Source: Moniliella sp. 'wahieum' (lineage: Eukaryota). Taken from it: 64,000 nucleotides of DNA. The DNA is taken from assembly GCA_003971905.1 (NCBI GenBank), contig RSEE01000085.1, forward strand, positions 1 to 64,000, read 5' to 3'. Position numbers and translations under genes: made by a program. Of this stretch, positions 23,970-36,844 are shown piece after piece; position 1 is the stretch's first letter, and the number at the start of each line of letters is the position of its first letter. The notes beneath the pieces are model-generated. The model ran no database searches and had not been told where the DNA came from. It saw only the letters and a program-made list of their open reading frames with translations.

Positions 23970-26668
23970 ATGCCCCCGACGGCGCCGACGGCCCAGCAGC
24001 AGCGCATTCACGCGTGGCCAGCCCGCGTCTCTCCCCGCTCGCCGCCCGCTCGCCCCCGCCCGCCTGGCCCTGCGTCCCCGCCCCCGGCCACCCGCACCCC
24101 GCCACACCAGCAGCACGCCGCCATCAGCCCCCGCACCACAGCCCCCCCCATCCTGAGCGCGACTCTGAGTGTCCGCAGGGAGACGGTACGTGTGGCTTGT
24201 CTTGTCGATGTCACGTTGGGCCGGAGTATACTGACTCGAATCCCGTCGCCTTCCTCCAGGGCTTGCGCCGCAGACCATCTACTTTCCTCCCAGCCTCTAC
24301 CCGAAGATGTCCAGCCCAACTCCCCGTCCGTCTAACCGACTTCGCAACCGCCTTCCGCTCCTACCCATCCACCCTCAAGTCGGCGACTCGACCTCGGACG
24401 CCGAGGCGGATGCAGACGCTGGGGTTCCCACACCGAAGCCCCGGCCTCCCTCCACGTACACGACCATACCATACCTTCGGCGCCAGGCCCCCTTCCCATT
24501 CCCATGGAGCTGGACGAGGTCAAAGAGTTGGGACTCAGCCCCCTAATGCAATGGGAGGTTGCGCAAGAAACGCCGACTTCCCCCAAGACCCACGTGCCCA
24601 CCCTTCATCCGAGCGCACCCATCATCGCTACAGCTCTTCCGCCACCGCAAGTGGTGCCATATCGGTCCTGATCGCGGCCAGTAGCGAGCAGCGCGCACAA
24701 CAAAAGAAGGCGCAAGAAGCGGCCCGTGCTCAGGAGGAAGCCTTGCAGAATCCCGCCTCGGCTGCTACCTTGTTCAATCCCTCCCTCTCCTCCGGGGTGA
24801 AATCGAACGGTGATGGAGCCAATGCATCCATCTCGGCCGATTCATCCATTTCCCCTGTGAAGTCCTACCGGGTAATCAACGAGGCGGCTTCCACTTGCGC
24901 TCCATCTTTGGCACCACCGAATCTGAGTCCGGTTGTTGGCGTGTCTTCGGGGCACACTTGGATTCCGGGCCTGAGCGTCCAACCGGAGAGCCAATCCGTC
25001 ATTAACCCTTCATCCGCACCCAACCTCGCGACGAACCTGGCCCAACAGGCCCCTCCATTGTTTCCCCAAGGGTTCCTACCGCCTTTGAATTCCCATGGAC
25101 GTCTGGGCGCCATGGCGCATACTCACTCAAGGTCCCACTCTATGCCCTTCGCCACCTCGCACACCTTCTTACGTCACGCTCAAGCTGCCAGCTCGGCCTC
25201 GGGGGATTCGTCCAACAACTTGGCGTGGCTTTCTGGATGGGGGGGGATGCCAATGACCTCCCTCTATAACTGCGCACCACCACGCACCGTCCCTGATCCG
25301 TCAGTTCCAGCCCTCTACTACACCCCGTGGGATCCACCCGGCCAGCGGGGCAACCTGCTTTCTGTCAGTGATGCACATGGATCGGATGGGCACCCTAGGA
25401 TGCGAGCGATATCACCCGACCCAGACCAAGGCGAGGGATATACGCTCTTTTTCATGAATGTTGGAAACCTGCTCACGACGGCGGAAACAACCCGCAACGG
25501 TACCTCGCCCGTGTATTCATCCCCATTTACCGAGCGGTCCGCGGCGCGGGCCCGTCCTTCCATGCAGCTCCCGGGCCCCGCTTCTGTCCGTGGATTCCCT
25601 TTCGCCCCGTCACACAAACGTGCCCAGTCGTGCACTGGTCTCCCATTCGTTTCGACTGTCTCCACTTCCCAGGTTGCTGATTCGACCGAACGTCCTGTCC
25701 CGGCAGAACGGGTGGGTTCATCAGTATCTTCGTTCCCCAGTACCGCCGATACCATGGTATTCCCGCGACGGGAAGAGGCGGTGGACCGCCAAACGTTGCG
25801 TGAGAGCGATGTTGAAGCAGCTGCTGATGTCGCTGCGGGCGTCATGGCTAATACGCTTGCCTCTCCTACAATGGCACCTGAGGCGTTATGCACGTCATCC
25901 CCTACTCTCTCCCTTGCGGGGGGCAAGTCCTTGCCGAGCGATGCGAGCTACGATGAGCGGATCCCGAGCCCTGGTGGGGATGGCCCCGCAGCCAGTAGCC
26001 CTGCGGGCAAGGATATGGGACCGACGCGCACGCTTCTGGCTTCGCAGGGTAAGGGGCGGAATGGCAAACCACCTGCAGAGCGCGCACACGCATGTATCCA
26101 CTGCACCAAAAGCTTTACCCGTCGTTCGGACTTGGCACGGCACCTGCGCATCCACTCGAACGAGCGACCGTTTGTGTGCGACTATGCCGGTTGCAGCAAA
26201 TCGTTTATTCAGCGCTCGGCACTGACGGTGCACAAGCGCGTGCACACGGGGGAACGGCCGCATGGATGCGAGTTCGAAGGCTGCGGGAAAAGCTTTAGCG
26301 ATTCGTCTTCGTTGGCCCGGCACCGTCGTACTCACTCGGGCAACCGGCCGCACTGCTGCGCCTTCCCTGGCTGCAACAAACGCTTCACCCGCCGCACCAC
26401 ACTCAACCGCCACGTCAATCAGCACCGTGACTGGCCCAGCGAGATGGAGCCGAATTGTGAGGGGGCCTTGCCCTCCGACTGGCCTCCTGGCGATGAACCT
26501 GGGGCGGTACAAGAGCAACCTCGCGGGTCAAGCGAAGAAGGAGAAGCAAAAAGAAACGATGGAAACGACCTAGTAAAGGCGGAAGAGGGGCAGACGAATC
26601 CCTTGTTTCTTCCCTTTCATCTCATGCAAGCCGCCGTCGCCGTAGCCGCTCCCCGTCCCCCACCTTAA
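23970..26668 (+). CDS. C2H2 zinc-finger transcription factor, 4 tandem fingers; join(23970..24185,24260..26668)
   Basis: Fingers [50 protein letters not shown] with TGERP-type linkers; intron GTACGT...CTGAC...CAG joins exon 1 in frame; TATA-like tracts at ~23727-23748. Confidence 0.9.
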
Positions 26669-28040
26669 GTCAACACAGTCGCTCTCCCTCGGCCGCCAAA
26701 AAAGCCCGTCTGGCCTGGTACGAGAGCGGCACAGCCCCCCCGACTGGCCTAGATATGGTGCAGGGTATACAGGAGGGGCCTCTGCCTCCTGTCGCCGTTT
26801 CCTCCGGCTTTGAAGCAAGCACGACACCCTCGATCTCAGTGCACGACCGCGCCTGTCGGCTACGGGAGAAGCCCTAATGCTGACAGAAACCGCACACAAA
26901 CGTCCCAGTCTGACCCCGATGAGTCAACGGCGGAGGGGCGTAGTGGAAGCATGCGCTGTCCGCGTTGTCGATGGCCGTAGCCAACGACATTGAACGGCCA
27001 GACGAGGCGGAACACAAATGTACCCCTTCGATTCCGATTGACGACCTTCTCGTTACCGCGCAGCCCCAAGCTGCGGACGAGGCAACGAGCCTATGACTCC
27101 CCCTCCCTAAGCTCTTACTCTCATCTTGACGTCGTTTTGTGTGTTGTTTGTTCCTCCGCATGATGAACTGGTTCGGTTGGTTTTTCCCTTGGATATGTCC
27201 AACATCCCTCGTTTCTTTCGGCTGTGTGTCCCCCGCGGGTTTCGTTTTTGTGGTTTTCCAGTTCTTGGTCTTTGGTTTTTGGGTTTTGGTTGTTTTGGTT
27301 TATTGAGATTGGTTGGGCTTGTTCTCATTCAGGTGTCCCATCATCCTTTCTCTCTCCTTCCGTGGCTCATGGTTGAACGTATGGTCGTACGCACTTCCCT
27401 GGCTTTTTTTCGTTCGACTGTGGTATTGTATGATTGTATTTGTACCCCCCCCCCCCCCCACCCCCCGCGTCTCCAAGCATCCAACACTGGGTGGGGTATG
27501 TCCTATTACTCATCCACTTCATCCTGTTTTCCTCCTGTCACGCCCTCATGAAACCGCGCGGGAGACAAGAGCGTCAGGTGGGTACGATCAGGGCTGGAAG
27601 CCGAGACGAGAAAGTGGCGATGCTTTCCCTCGATCTTCTCCACCGCACTGATGTTGCCCTCACCCTTACCCGCTTTGGTCCCGTCCGCCATTTGTCTGTC
27701 TCGTATCCGATCGTCTCGCATCCTCCGCACCCATCGCTTCACTTGGCATCGCCTCGCCTCGCATTGCATCGCATCGCACCGCACCGTACCGCATCCCATC
27801 GTACATTCGCACCGTATCTGTCGTACCGCACCCGCTCCCTTTCGTATATACTAGAGTTAGGATGGGAGGTTGGATATTCAATCGTCTGGCTATAGGCACG
27901 CACGCCGCGACCAACATGCGATCCTAGCACGCTGCTGCGACTACTGTGTCCTTCCTGCCCCACGGCTGTGGCCGAACAAGACAGATCAGATAAGTGGTTA
28001 TGGTAGCGGGCACTGTACGAACGAGGGCAGCAGCGTGCAT

Positions 28041-31000
28041 CTACCGCTTCGACGCCTGCAGACGATTGAGAGGAGGGGCGGGCGGGGGAGGCAGGTCCGA
28101 CGCCCCGACGCCCGACGCCCCGACGCCCGACGCTGCGACGCTGCGACGTTCAGACACTGTTCCGACGGGCGCGGATGCCCGTCCTGGGCGCCGCGGTGGG
28201 CTGGGACGCGTCGACGGAGGGAGGGGCGGCGGTTGCTGGCGGTGGGCAACTTGTGTTGTTTGTTCCAGCGGGCGAGTGGGTTTGGGCGGCGGTATAGCCG
28301 GCCTTATGAATGGCGTCAAACGAGCCAAACTCGAGTGCCAAGTGTTCGACGGGCATGCGATGTAGAAGCATCCGGGGGCGCTTTTGGCTTCCTCGAGGGT
28401 GCGGACAGAGCTGACGTAGGCCAGGCGGGCTTGGATGTCCGGGATGGAGGGGATGAGGGCTACGCGACGGCTCAGGGCGCCCATGCCAGGTACCCAGGGC
28501 AGGACCCAGCGCGCGACCAGCAGCCACCAGCCCGATAACGTGTCCCCATAGTCGCGTGGCGACGTGTCGTCAATCGAGCCTACGTCCACGGCGAAGACGC
28601 GCGCAGCACCAGCGGCAAACATGGTGGATACGGCAAGTTCCATGTAGCCGCCGTCGACGAGCATGTCCCCTCGTCCACCAGCGGCGGCACGAGGCCAGCG
28701 AGGGTCATGGAGCGCGGATGAAGCGCCAGGCATAGCCCGTGGTGTGGATCTCCATCCGGCTCCAGGTAACGTTGGTCGTGTTGCAGAAAAAGGGGAGCCA
28801 CATGTCCTCAATGTGCGTGTCGCGGAACGCCTTGAACACGCCGCGGTTGAACTCGTGGCCGGTGGTGTAGGAGGCATAGGGGTAAGTCAAGTCCAGCACA
28901 AAGCGCCACAAGGACGCCACGACCGGCAAACTTCTTACCCGTCCGTAACTCGGCACCAAGCCAGCCTCCTTGGCATACAAGCCGCCGACAAACGAGCCAA
29001 TCGACGTGCCGCCAATCAAGTCGATCGGTACCCCGGCCTCCTCCAGCGCGCTGATCACGCCCAAATGCGCAATCCCGCGCGCCCCACCACCACCCAACAC
29101 CAACCACGCTTGCCACACAACCGACGTGCCAAGCGGGAAAAGTCCGACAAGTGCGGCGGCCGTGCATCGGGCGCGGTGCCATCCGACCGTTTTTCGCGGT
29201 ACGTTGCAACCGCGATCCGATCTGGCCGCGCAGGCGCTTGAGTGCGCGCACTGCCGCTGCCCGCTCGTCCACCCGGCCATGGCGGCCACCGCCGCGAGCG
29301 GCGGCAGCGGCGGCATGGTCGCGGCCGTCATCGTGCCAGCGCGGCGGGCGAGTTCGGCCCAGTTGAAGCTGGTGGACGTGGCGCGGGAGCCAGCAAGCAC
29401 GCCGGCACTGGGCACCTTTTTGATTCCGGGCATCTCGACGTGGTGGTGGGCGAAGCCAGGGCCGGGTGCGGAGCCAAGCGCGTGTCGAGCCTGGCGGGAC
29501 AGAGCGGTCGGGATGGAGCAAGACGAGCTCTTTACGTGCGGTCGTCTTGATGGCCAACAACAAGCGTTCGTATTCGCCTACGGTGGGGTCGTCGCCAAAG
29601 CCGACCAGGAGCACACAGTCGGCCTGGCGGATCGAGGTTTGTGCCCAGGGCGAGGAGACGGCCGTGTCAACGACATAGAGCACCATGCGGTGCTGGCTTC
29701 CTGGCAGCCAGCCACCCGGCCAACTTGAGTTTGCCCATTCGGTTGAAACGCGTTGCGGCCCAGCACGCCCAGCACGGCGGCCTGGTTGAGGTAGACGGCT
29801 CTTCGCCTGTCGTTGGCTCAAAGGCAGCTTGGAGCCGACGCGCAAACGCCGCAATCGGCACTTCCCGCGTCACGGGCACAATCGCGACCGTTTTGAGATT
29901 GGGTTGCTCCGCCACATTTCGGTCCGGGCCGGTTTCTTGGGCCCGGCCATGCTGACCATGCTGCTCTCGCCGCCGCTCAGGAGGGGCATGGAAGGTGGGA
30001 AGGCACGGCACTGGCGCCGTGGTGCACCATGGCGCTCGATACACGCGGGCATGATCTGGGCCAGCTGGGATGCTAACGAAGGTTCCAATGCGCTACGGCG
30101 CGGAACAAGCTGACGGGGATGCACGCCAATTCGGTATCGCGGATAGCATGCAAGGTATGGTGCGCGGGGATCCGGTCACCACCTCCAGCTCGCGACCGAG
30201 TCGCCCATGCCAAACTCGTTGGCAATGTGGACATGGGACGAGCCAGCTTGGTCAGCGGCAATGGCGCGAAGACGGCCATTGATAACGAGGTAAACTGTTC
30301 TGCGACGTCGCCTTGACGGTAGATGACTTGGCCGGCTTGACATGCTGCCAATCCAACGCCGCGTCAATCTGCAGCAGCGTGGGCGACAAGAGCGATAAGA
30401 GTCGACGCCAGACTGAGCAAGACGGTCGGACGACGGTCCATGAGCTTATCCGCGCATGCGCCGGCAACAACACAATAACAATCCGTCCGCGCCGTCACAT
30501 TCACATACGACGCGCACCCAGTAGCGTGGCCAGGTACCGGCAATGCCACGCGACCAATCGAATAAAGCGGTTTCGCACTCCGGCCTCTGCGCCTTGTCTT
30601 GCACCCAGGTGTGCGGCGCCGAGGCGACCTTGGCTGTTCGTTCGCGCGACGAAGCGCGGTCGGGGCTCGTGGTGCCTGTGCTGGCCGGGGCAAGAGGCGG
30701 GGTGGTGGTGCGCTGGGCGGCGAGGCCAGTCGGGGACGAGATGGTTACATCCAGCTGTCCATCAATCACATAGAACAGACCGCCTTCGCGCTCGCCCGAC
30801 GAAATCAGCGTGTCGCCCGCATGGAAAAACTTGATCTCCACATCATTCTCAAATGGCAACGGCAAGCTCGAGTGGGGGAATGGGAAGCCAGGTATGTCCT
30901 GGCTCGGACCGCTACTGCCCCGATACGCAGGGGAAATCCGCTCGCCCATCCCTTCCTCGCCCTTGGCACCGCGGGAAGCGGCCGTGACTTCGGCGAGCAT

Positions 31001-33366
31001 GGTCAAGGGCCCCCAGGCCGAGCCATACACCCCAGCATTGCGACTGGACAAGGTCGCATCCTGAGCCGCAAGCGAGGGAGAGTCGGCATACGGAGACGGG
31101 TTGGCCGTGTCGCCGCACCCGCACTCGCACCCGCACCCGCACCCATGCGCGTCGGCTGGGCGACCGGAGCAAGCAAGCCCAAGGAACTGGCGATGCATTG
31201 CATCACGGCTTCCTTCAGGTCAAAGTTAGCTTGTCCATCCGCTGCCCAGCCAATGCTTTCGGCCGTGTCTGTTGGAGCGGGCGAGGAGGCAGGAGGGGCA
31301 GCAGAGGAAGTTGAACTCAAGCTAGGAGACATGGAATGGGCGTGGGCATGGGTACGATACTCTGCTGGAGCGAGGGGAATGCAGTGGGCTGAACTTGGAG
31401 CGCAGGACCGGCCTGGGTGGAGGTGAAGAGGTCGCCTGGGTTGAGCGCTTGGCTAGAGCGTTGCTCGTGCGAGCTGTCGGGTCGACAGCAGCGTGGACGA
31501 TGGCGCGTCCAGCGGGGTGGTCAATGCCGAGGTGGAAAACATGGCGGCATTGGATCCTTGTAAATCCAAACTGGACAAGGTCATGCCCGAACGGGACTGG
31601 AGCGGCGAGTGGGCACGTCGGCCACGTAGGCGCGGCGAGCTGAGGGGAGACTTGATGCGTTCCGCCGCGCGCGCTCGTGGATCAACGCCGGGAACCACAC
31701 CTTGCGCAGCAGGAGCCACGGGCGGGACACCCGCATTGACCTGCACGAACCGTTGACGCAGCCGCTCCATCGCCTCCGATACGTAGAACGAAGGTGGAGG
31801 TGTGCTGGCGGTTTGGTTGAGTACAACCTCGGCGCGCATCACTTCCTTCGTCAGACCAAGGTAGGAATGAGCCGTGTGCATCGTGACGCGCGACAGACGA
31901 GTGAGGATGACTGGGCAAGGCAAGAATGGCAGCGAGGGTCAGCAGAAGCGAACAAAAGCAAACAGACAGAACGGGAGGCTACAATACCTACCCTGCAGAA
32001 TGTGGGCAGCTGAGTTGGGATACTTTTTGGTCAACCTCCGGAATGCCTCGGCTGGGATCACGGCCAAGGTGGTGTCCACGCGCGCCCTGGCCACGGTGTG
32101 CGTCAACTCGGTCAGCGATTCCTTTGGAGGGGGAGGCGCGAACGGGGAGCCGGCATAGGCCGTACCGCCGGGCCGGGCGCGGCCCCCCCGGTCCAGGGGT
32201 TAGCGCCCGAAGCAACTGAAGCGAGACGATAATTCGACGCAGGAATCTCCAGGGGGTCGCCCACCTGCTCGGGGTCTGGGCCGACGCCGCGCCCAAGCCT
32301 AGTGGACCCCAACGCGGTGGCAGAAAGCATGGGCGTAGCATCGGGAGAGACGCCGAGATCCATCGTCGACGCCATGGAGCCAGGTGCGGCAGTACGGAGA
32401 GGCAGTGTGGTGGCGCCGCAGGGTCGTGCGCCTTGGGTGTCTGGGGCACGGCAGAAGCACGAGGGCCCGGGGCGCCCTCGGTGAACAGCTTGAGGATGGT
32501 GAAGAGACTGCTAAGGGTGCCGCCATTTCCGACCTGGTGCAAGAGCTGGTAGCCCTCTAGCCCATCGTCCCCCTCGCTGTCCTCATTGAACGGGGGAGGC
32601 GGAGCGGGGTCAAAGCCCGAGCGAGCACCCGAGGGGGCATAGACACTCACCGAGCCATCGATCACAATGTAGAAGCAGCCATCATGGTCGAGCGAGAGAG
32701 AGTCACCGCAATGAGGCGGCGGGTTTGGAGGTGGCGGGCAAGGTCGTGGAAGACAGGGCGCTCGAGGTAGCCAAAGATGCGGATGGCTTGCAAGAACTCA
32801 TCGAGGTAGTCGTGCAGGGTGCCGCTGCCGCCGGCGGTGCTGCCGGCCGGGCCAAAGGCCGACGGCTCGCCGGAGCCGTAGAGGCCAAAGGGGCTCAAGG
32901 GGTCGCCGCCGGCGAGGTCGGGGTGCAAGCTGAAGCCGGCATCCGAGTCGAGTGGGGGCTCGCGCACTTTTCGTACACGCGCATCGAGGTGCGGAACCAG
33001 AAAAAGGCGCGGCCAGGCCGGCGAGGGTGAGGGAGGCGAGGAAGGGGAAGGAGAGCTGGAGGGTGAGGCTGTAGTGCAGGACGGCGTACACGGTGGCAGG
33101 CACGGTGAGGGTGGCGAAGCCGGCGAGGGAGCGGGCGATGCTGAGGAGGGCGACGGTGACCTCGAAGAGGCCGCTGAGGAGCAAGACGACGCTGCTGCCG
33201 TCGGCAGGCTGGGGGAGGAGAGGACGGCGCGCTGGAGCAGCTGGGAGGGCGGGCATTGGGGGTGGGCAGGGTGGTGGGGCGGGGCGAGGGCGGTGGTGGC
33301 GGTGGTGGCGAGGGCGGTGGAGGCGCTGGCCAGGGCGGCCGAGGCGAGGGGCGCGGGGGGTTGCAT
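28041..33366 (-). CDS. NTE1: Lysophospholipase NTE1 (N-terminal TM, cNMP-binding domains, patatin domain); frameshifted, with intron(s)
   Basis: [22 protein letters not shown] nucleophile elbow, [61 protein letters not shown]. Confidence 0.95.
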
Positions 33367-33451
33367 GGGCGTGGCTACGTGTGGGTGGGGCTGGTCTGTG
33401 CGCCATGGGGGGGTGGCGGCTGGGAGGTGGGCGTGGGTTAGTGTGCGCCTC

Positions 33452-33540
33452 CACGTGCGCCCCAGCTGTCGCCTGCACGTGACCCACGTGACCGCGCGAA
33501 AGCACACGTGACGCGTGGGCTGCGGGGCGTACATACGCGT
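33452..33540. promoter_or_regulatory. Cluster of E-boxes (4x CACGTG, three as CACGTGAC) and 2x ACGCGT in the NTE1/chitinase divergent promoter
   Basis: CACGTG at 33452, 33476, 33485, 33505; ACGCGT at 33511 and 33535; TATAAAA at 33718 before the chitinase ATG. Confidence 0.55.
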
Positions 33541-33754
33541 ACATGCCAACGCTCGGCACATACTGTACTTACTGGCTGCGCGGTCGATGCAAGTCCGACG
33601 GTGAAGATGCGCGCGACGCGGCAGAGCAGCGTCTAACGCCTAACCCGCCGCCCGCTGCGCCCAGCCTCCCATGTGCGCCGCAGCACCCTCCGACGGAGAG
33701 CCGGCGCTCGGCCATGGTATAAAAGCCCCGCCGCAGCAACCCCCGCCCCTCGGC

Positions 33755-34966
33755 ATGCGCTCGCTCTTCCTCCTCGCCTGCCTGGCCCTCGTCGCCGCCC
33801 TCGCCCCCGCCCTCGCCCCCGCCATCGGCGCCCCGCTGCCCCACGCGCCCAGGCCTCCCCCGCCCGCCCGCCAGCGCCGCCTCCACCCACCCAGCCCCCC
33901 TGGCCCCGGCCCAGGCAAACGCTCCCATCCGCGTCCTTCTCCCCGCCGCGTCGGGCTCAGCCGGCCTGGCCTGGCACCACGGTGGCTCCGGCGCCGGCTC
34001 GGGCTCGGGGCACGGCTCGCAGACCCCGCCGGTATTTGCCGTGTATGGGTTTGCGAATGAGACGCATGGCGCGGCCGAGGTGCCTCCGCCCGGCATCACC
34101 CTACCTCATCTCCTTTTGGACCACCTCGGCCCCACGGGCGCATTGCAAAATTGGACCAAGGCCAGCGCTGCGCAGCGGAGCAAGCTCAAGGCCGTGTATG
34201 CCCACGCGGGCGTCAAGCTCTTGGTCTCTGCCTTTGACTCGGACGACTACCCCACCCGGCAGGACCCGGTTCAGACGGGCATTCGGCTCGCCGAGTTTGT
34301 CAAACAGTATGATTCGACGGCGTCGACCTGGATTACGAGGTACGTTAGGCTCTGGTAGCGAGGTGGTGCGATGGGTGCGGTTGGTATATACAGTGCACAT
34401 GCAGATGGACACTAACCGGTACCCCCGCCCGCCCTACACCATCCGACGTTCAGGACTCGGCCTCGTTTGTCAACGGTACTGCCATCTCCTGGTTTCACGC
34501 TGCACAAGACGGTGCGCGAGCGGCTGCCTGTGGGCCAGTACCTGATTACCCACGCGCCTCAGGTGCCGTACTTTTCGGCTGCCTGTCCATGGAAGGCAGG
34601 CTGGGCCAAGGTGTACGAGCAGTACCCGATGTGGACTGTTCTTGACCAGATGTACAACCAGGGCACCACATGTACACCAATTGTTCTACGCTTCTCTTCC
34701 AGTCGGGCGGTACGTGCGCCACTCGTCGCTGTTTGAGATTCACCGCGATCAAAATATCCCACTGAGCAAGTTGGTCATGGGCAAGCCCGCCATGCCTGTT
34801 GACGCGACCAATGGCTACATCCCACCGGATGAGTTGGGGCCGATGCTTTGCCCTGGCGCGCCAGTATGACTGGAACGCGGGGCGCCGCATTTTGGCAGTA
34901 CCGGACTTGAAGCCCTCGTTTTTGGCGCGCGTCAAGTTATGGGCTGGGTGGGCTGGGTGGGTGTGA
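33755..34966 (+). CDS. Secreted GH18 chitinase (copy 1), intron ~34340-34453
   Basis: Signal peptide MRSLFLLACLALVAALAPALA; KLLVSAFDS; DGVDLDYE catalytic DxDxE just before a GT donor; LITHAPQVPYF, QMYNQG, KLVMGKPA..NGYI, WNAG..WQY. Confidence 0.88.
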
Positions 34967-35707
34967 TAAGTGCCATCGCATCTACCGCTTTTGCCTCGCT
35001 GTCTGTTATACCTGCTTTCTACTATGCCTGGCTGGACCGGGCCCGTCACGTTGTCTCGTTGCATCGTGGATCAAGAAACGGAGCAAGGAAATGTTCGATC
35101 GATACCTTTTGTTTCCCTGACTGTCAGTCGCCCCTCTCTGCGTTCTCTCTCTTGCTTCCATTATCACTCTTTCCCTGGCCCTGAGCCCCCATGAGCATCT
35201 GAACATGCGTTTTGATTGCCTTCTTGTACCCTTCACCGCCTCCTTGCGTTCAATTGTTTCGCTACATCCATCATCTTTTTTCTCACCATGGACCTCACTG
35301 GCCTCGCTCCCGATATGTAAGGCGGAACGCCCACCTGATTACTGGGTACGGGCCGCCGGGACATTCATTCAAGTAGAGCTCTGCCATATGTGTGTGCTTT
35401 TGTCTACAGAAACACTAACGGCAGGCAGGGATCAACCTGAGCTTAGATGCATTGTTGCGACGGATGGCAAGGAAGGAATGCGTGTCGGCCAACCAACGTC
35501 GACCCTGGTCCAGAGTGGCATCCGCCCTGGCCAGCTGAAACGGAAGAGTAGGTCCGCTTCGGGTGCTTGAGCACACCCCTGGGAGAGGAATGCATCGCTT
35601 GATGGTGCCATACCAGGGGGAGGGGAAGGACGGTGGAAGGGAAACAACAAAAACTGGTTGCTCCACCGCCTCCGGGGGGCTTTTGGTTGGCCACGAGCGG
35701 GTTGCAC

Positions 35708-36456
35708 TTAGACCATCTCGGCCTCCCCGCCGGCCTTCTCAATGGCCAGCAATGATCTTCTCGGCGTCTTTGGGTACGTTGTCCTTAAGGATTTGCGGGG
35801 CGCTCGACGAATTTTTTGGCCTCGACGAGGGACATGGACGAGTTGAGCGCCTTGACTCCTTGATCACCTTGGCCTTGGCACACCTTCTTTCAACCCCTTG
35901 AGCTGATGGCGAAAGATTGTTTTCCTTGGGCTTTCAGCTTCCTCTGTCCTCGGCCGGCGCGGCTGCCGCTCCAGCACCGGGCGCGGCCGCCGCGACGGGC
36001 ATCGCAATGTCCGTGATGTTCAACGTTCCTACCATCCATGCCAACACGACACGACACGCATGACAAACACAACACAACACAACACATTACGATACAGGGC
36101 AGGCGGTCCAGGTCAGTCCAGCCGTGTGCGTGACTGTCTCCCCGCGCGCGTATGCCCTCTCTTGTTCCCCACACGCACACGCACAAACACGCACACCCAA
36201 AAAGACACACAAAAGACGTACTTGAGGACGGTGACAAGCGACGACGCCTCGAGCAGGTCAGCTTCTCCACCTGGTCCACAATGCCACGAGCTTAGGGTGA
36301 CGACGGGGCGGCGCGGGGCTGGGCCGGCGCAGGCGCAGGCGCCTCGGTAGCGGCCGCAGCGAGATACAGTCAAGCTGCGCGCCTGCCACCTGGGCGACGC
36401 AGACGGGCACGCGCCACCGCACGCAGCGCAGCTCGCGGGACGACAGCAAGGACCAT
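35708..36456 (-). CDS. MNP1: Mitochondrial ribosomal protein bL12m (L7/L12), one intron ~36030-36220
   Basis: Arg/Ala-rich presequence MVLAVVPRAALRAVARARLRR; IVDQVEKLT(L)LEASSLVTVLK|ERLNITDIAMP; KAKVIKE..KALNSSMSLVEAKKFVE..PQILKDNVPKDAEKI..EKAGGEAEMV*. Not recovered intact by the ORF track because of indels. Confidence 0.85.
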
Positions 36457-36844
36457 AGCGGGTAGATGGAGGTCGGAGCGGGCCCGCGCCGCCGCCCCCC
36501 CACCGTTCTTCCTGGGAAGCCCAGCCGGAGCGCCTCATCAAATTCTTCGCTGACGTAACCCATTCCGACCCAATGCGACTGTCCCAGGGTGATCACATAT
36601 CACATCCAGTACATCACATGTCACATCGGATCGCATCCCAGAGGCTGCGGCCACCCGATCTCACCCGAACGGCCTGCCACATTGCACTGCCACTAGCACG
36701 GTTGCGCCCAGACGGCTCCGGACGCGCGGTCTCAGATCTCATGGCCAGTCCAACTCTACCAGCTACGTCTCGCGCCCGAAAAAGGGATGCTTTCTAAGGA
36801 AATGGATCGACGACGCGGGGACAAGCTGAAATGGCTGGATGGGC

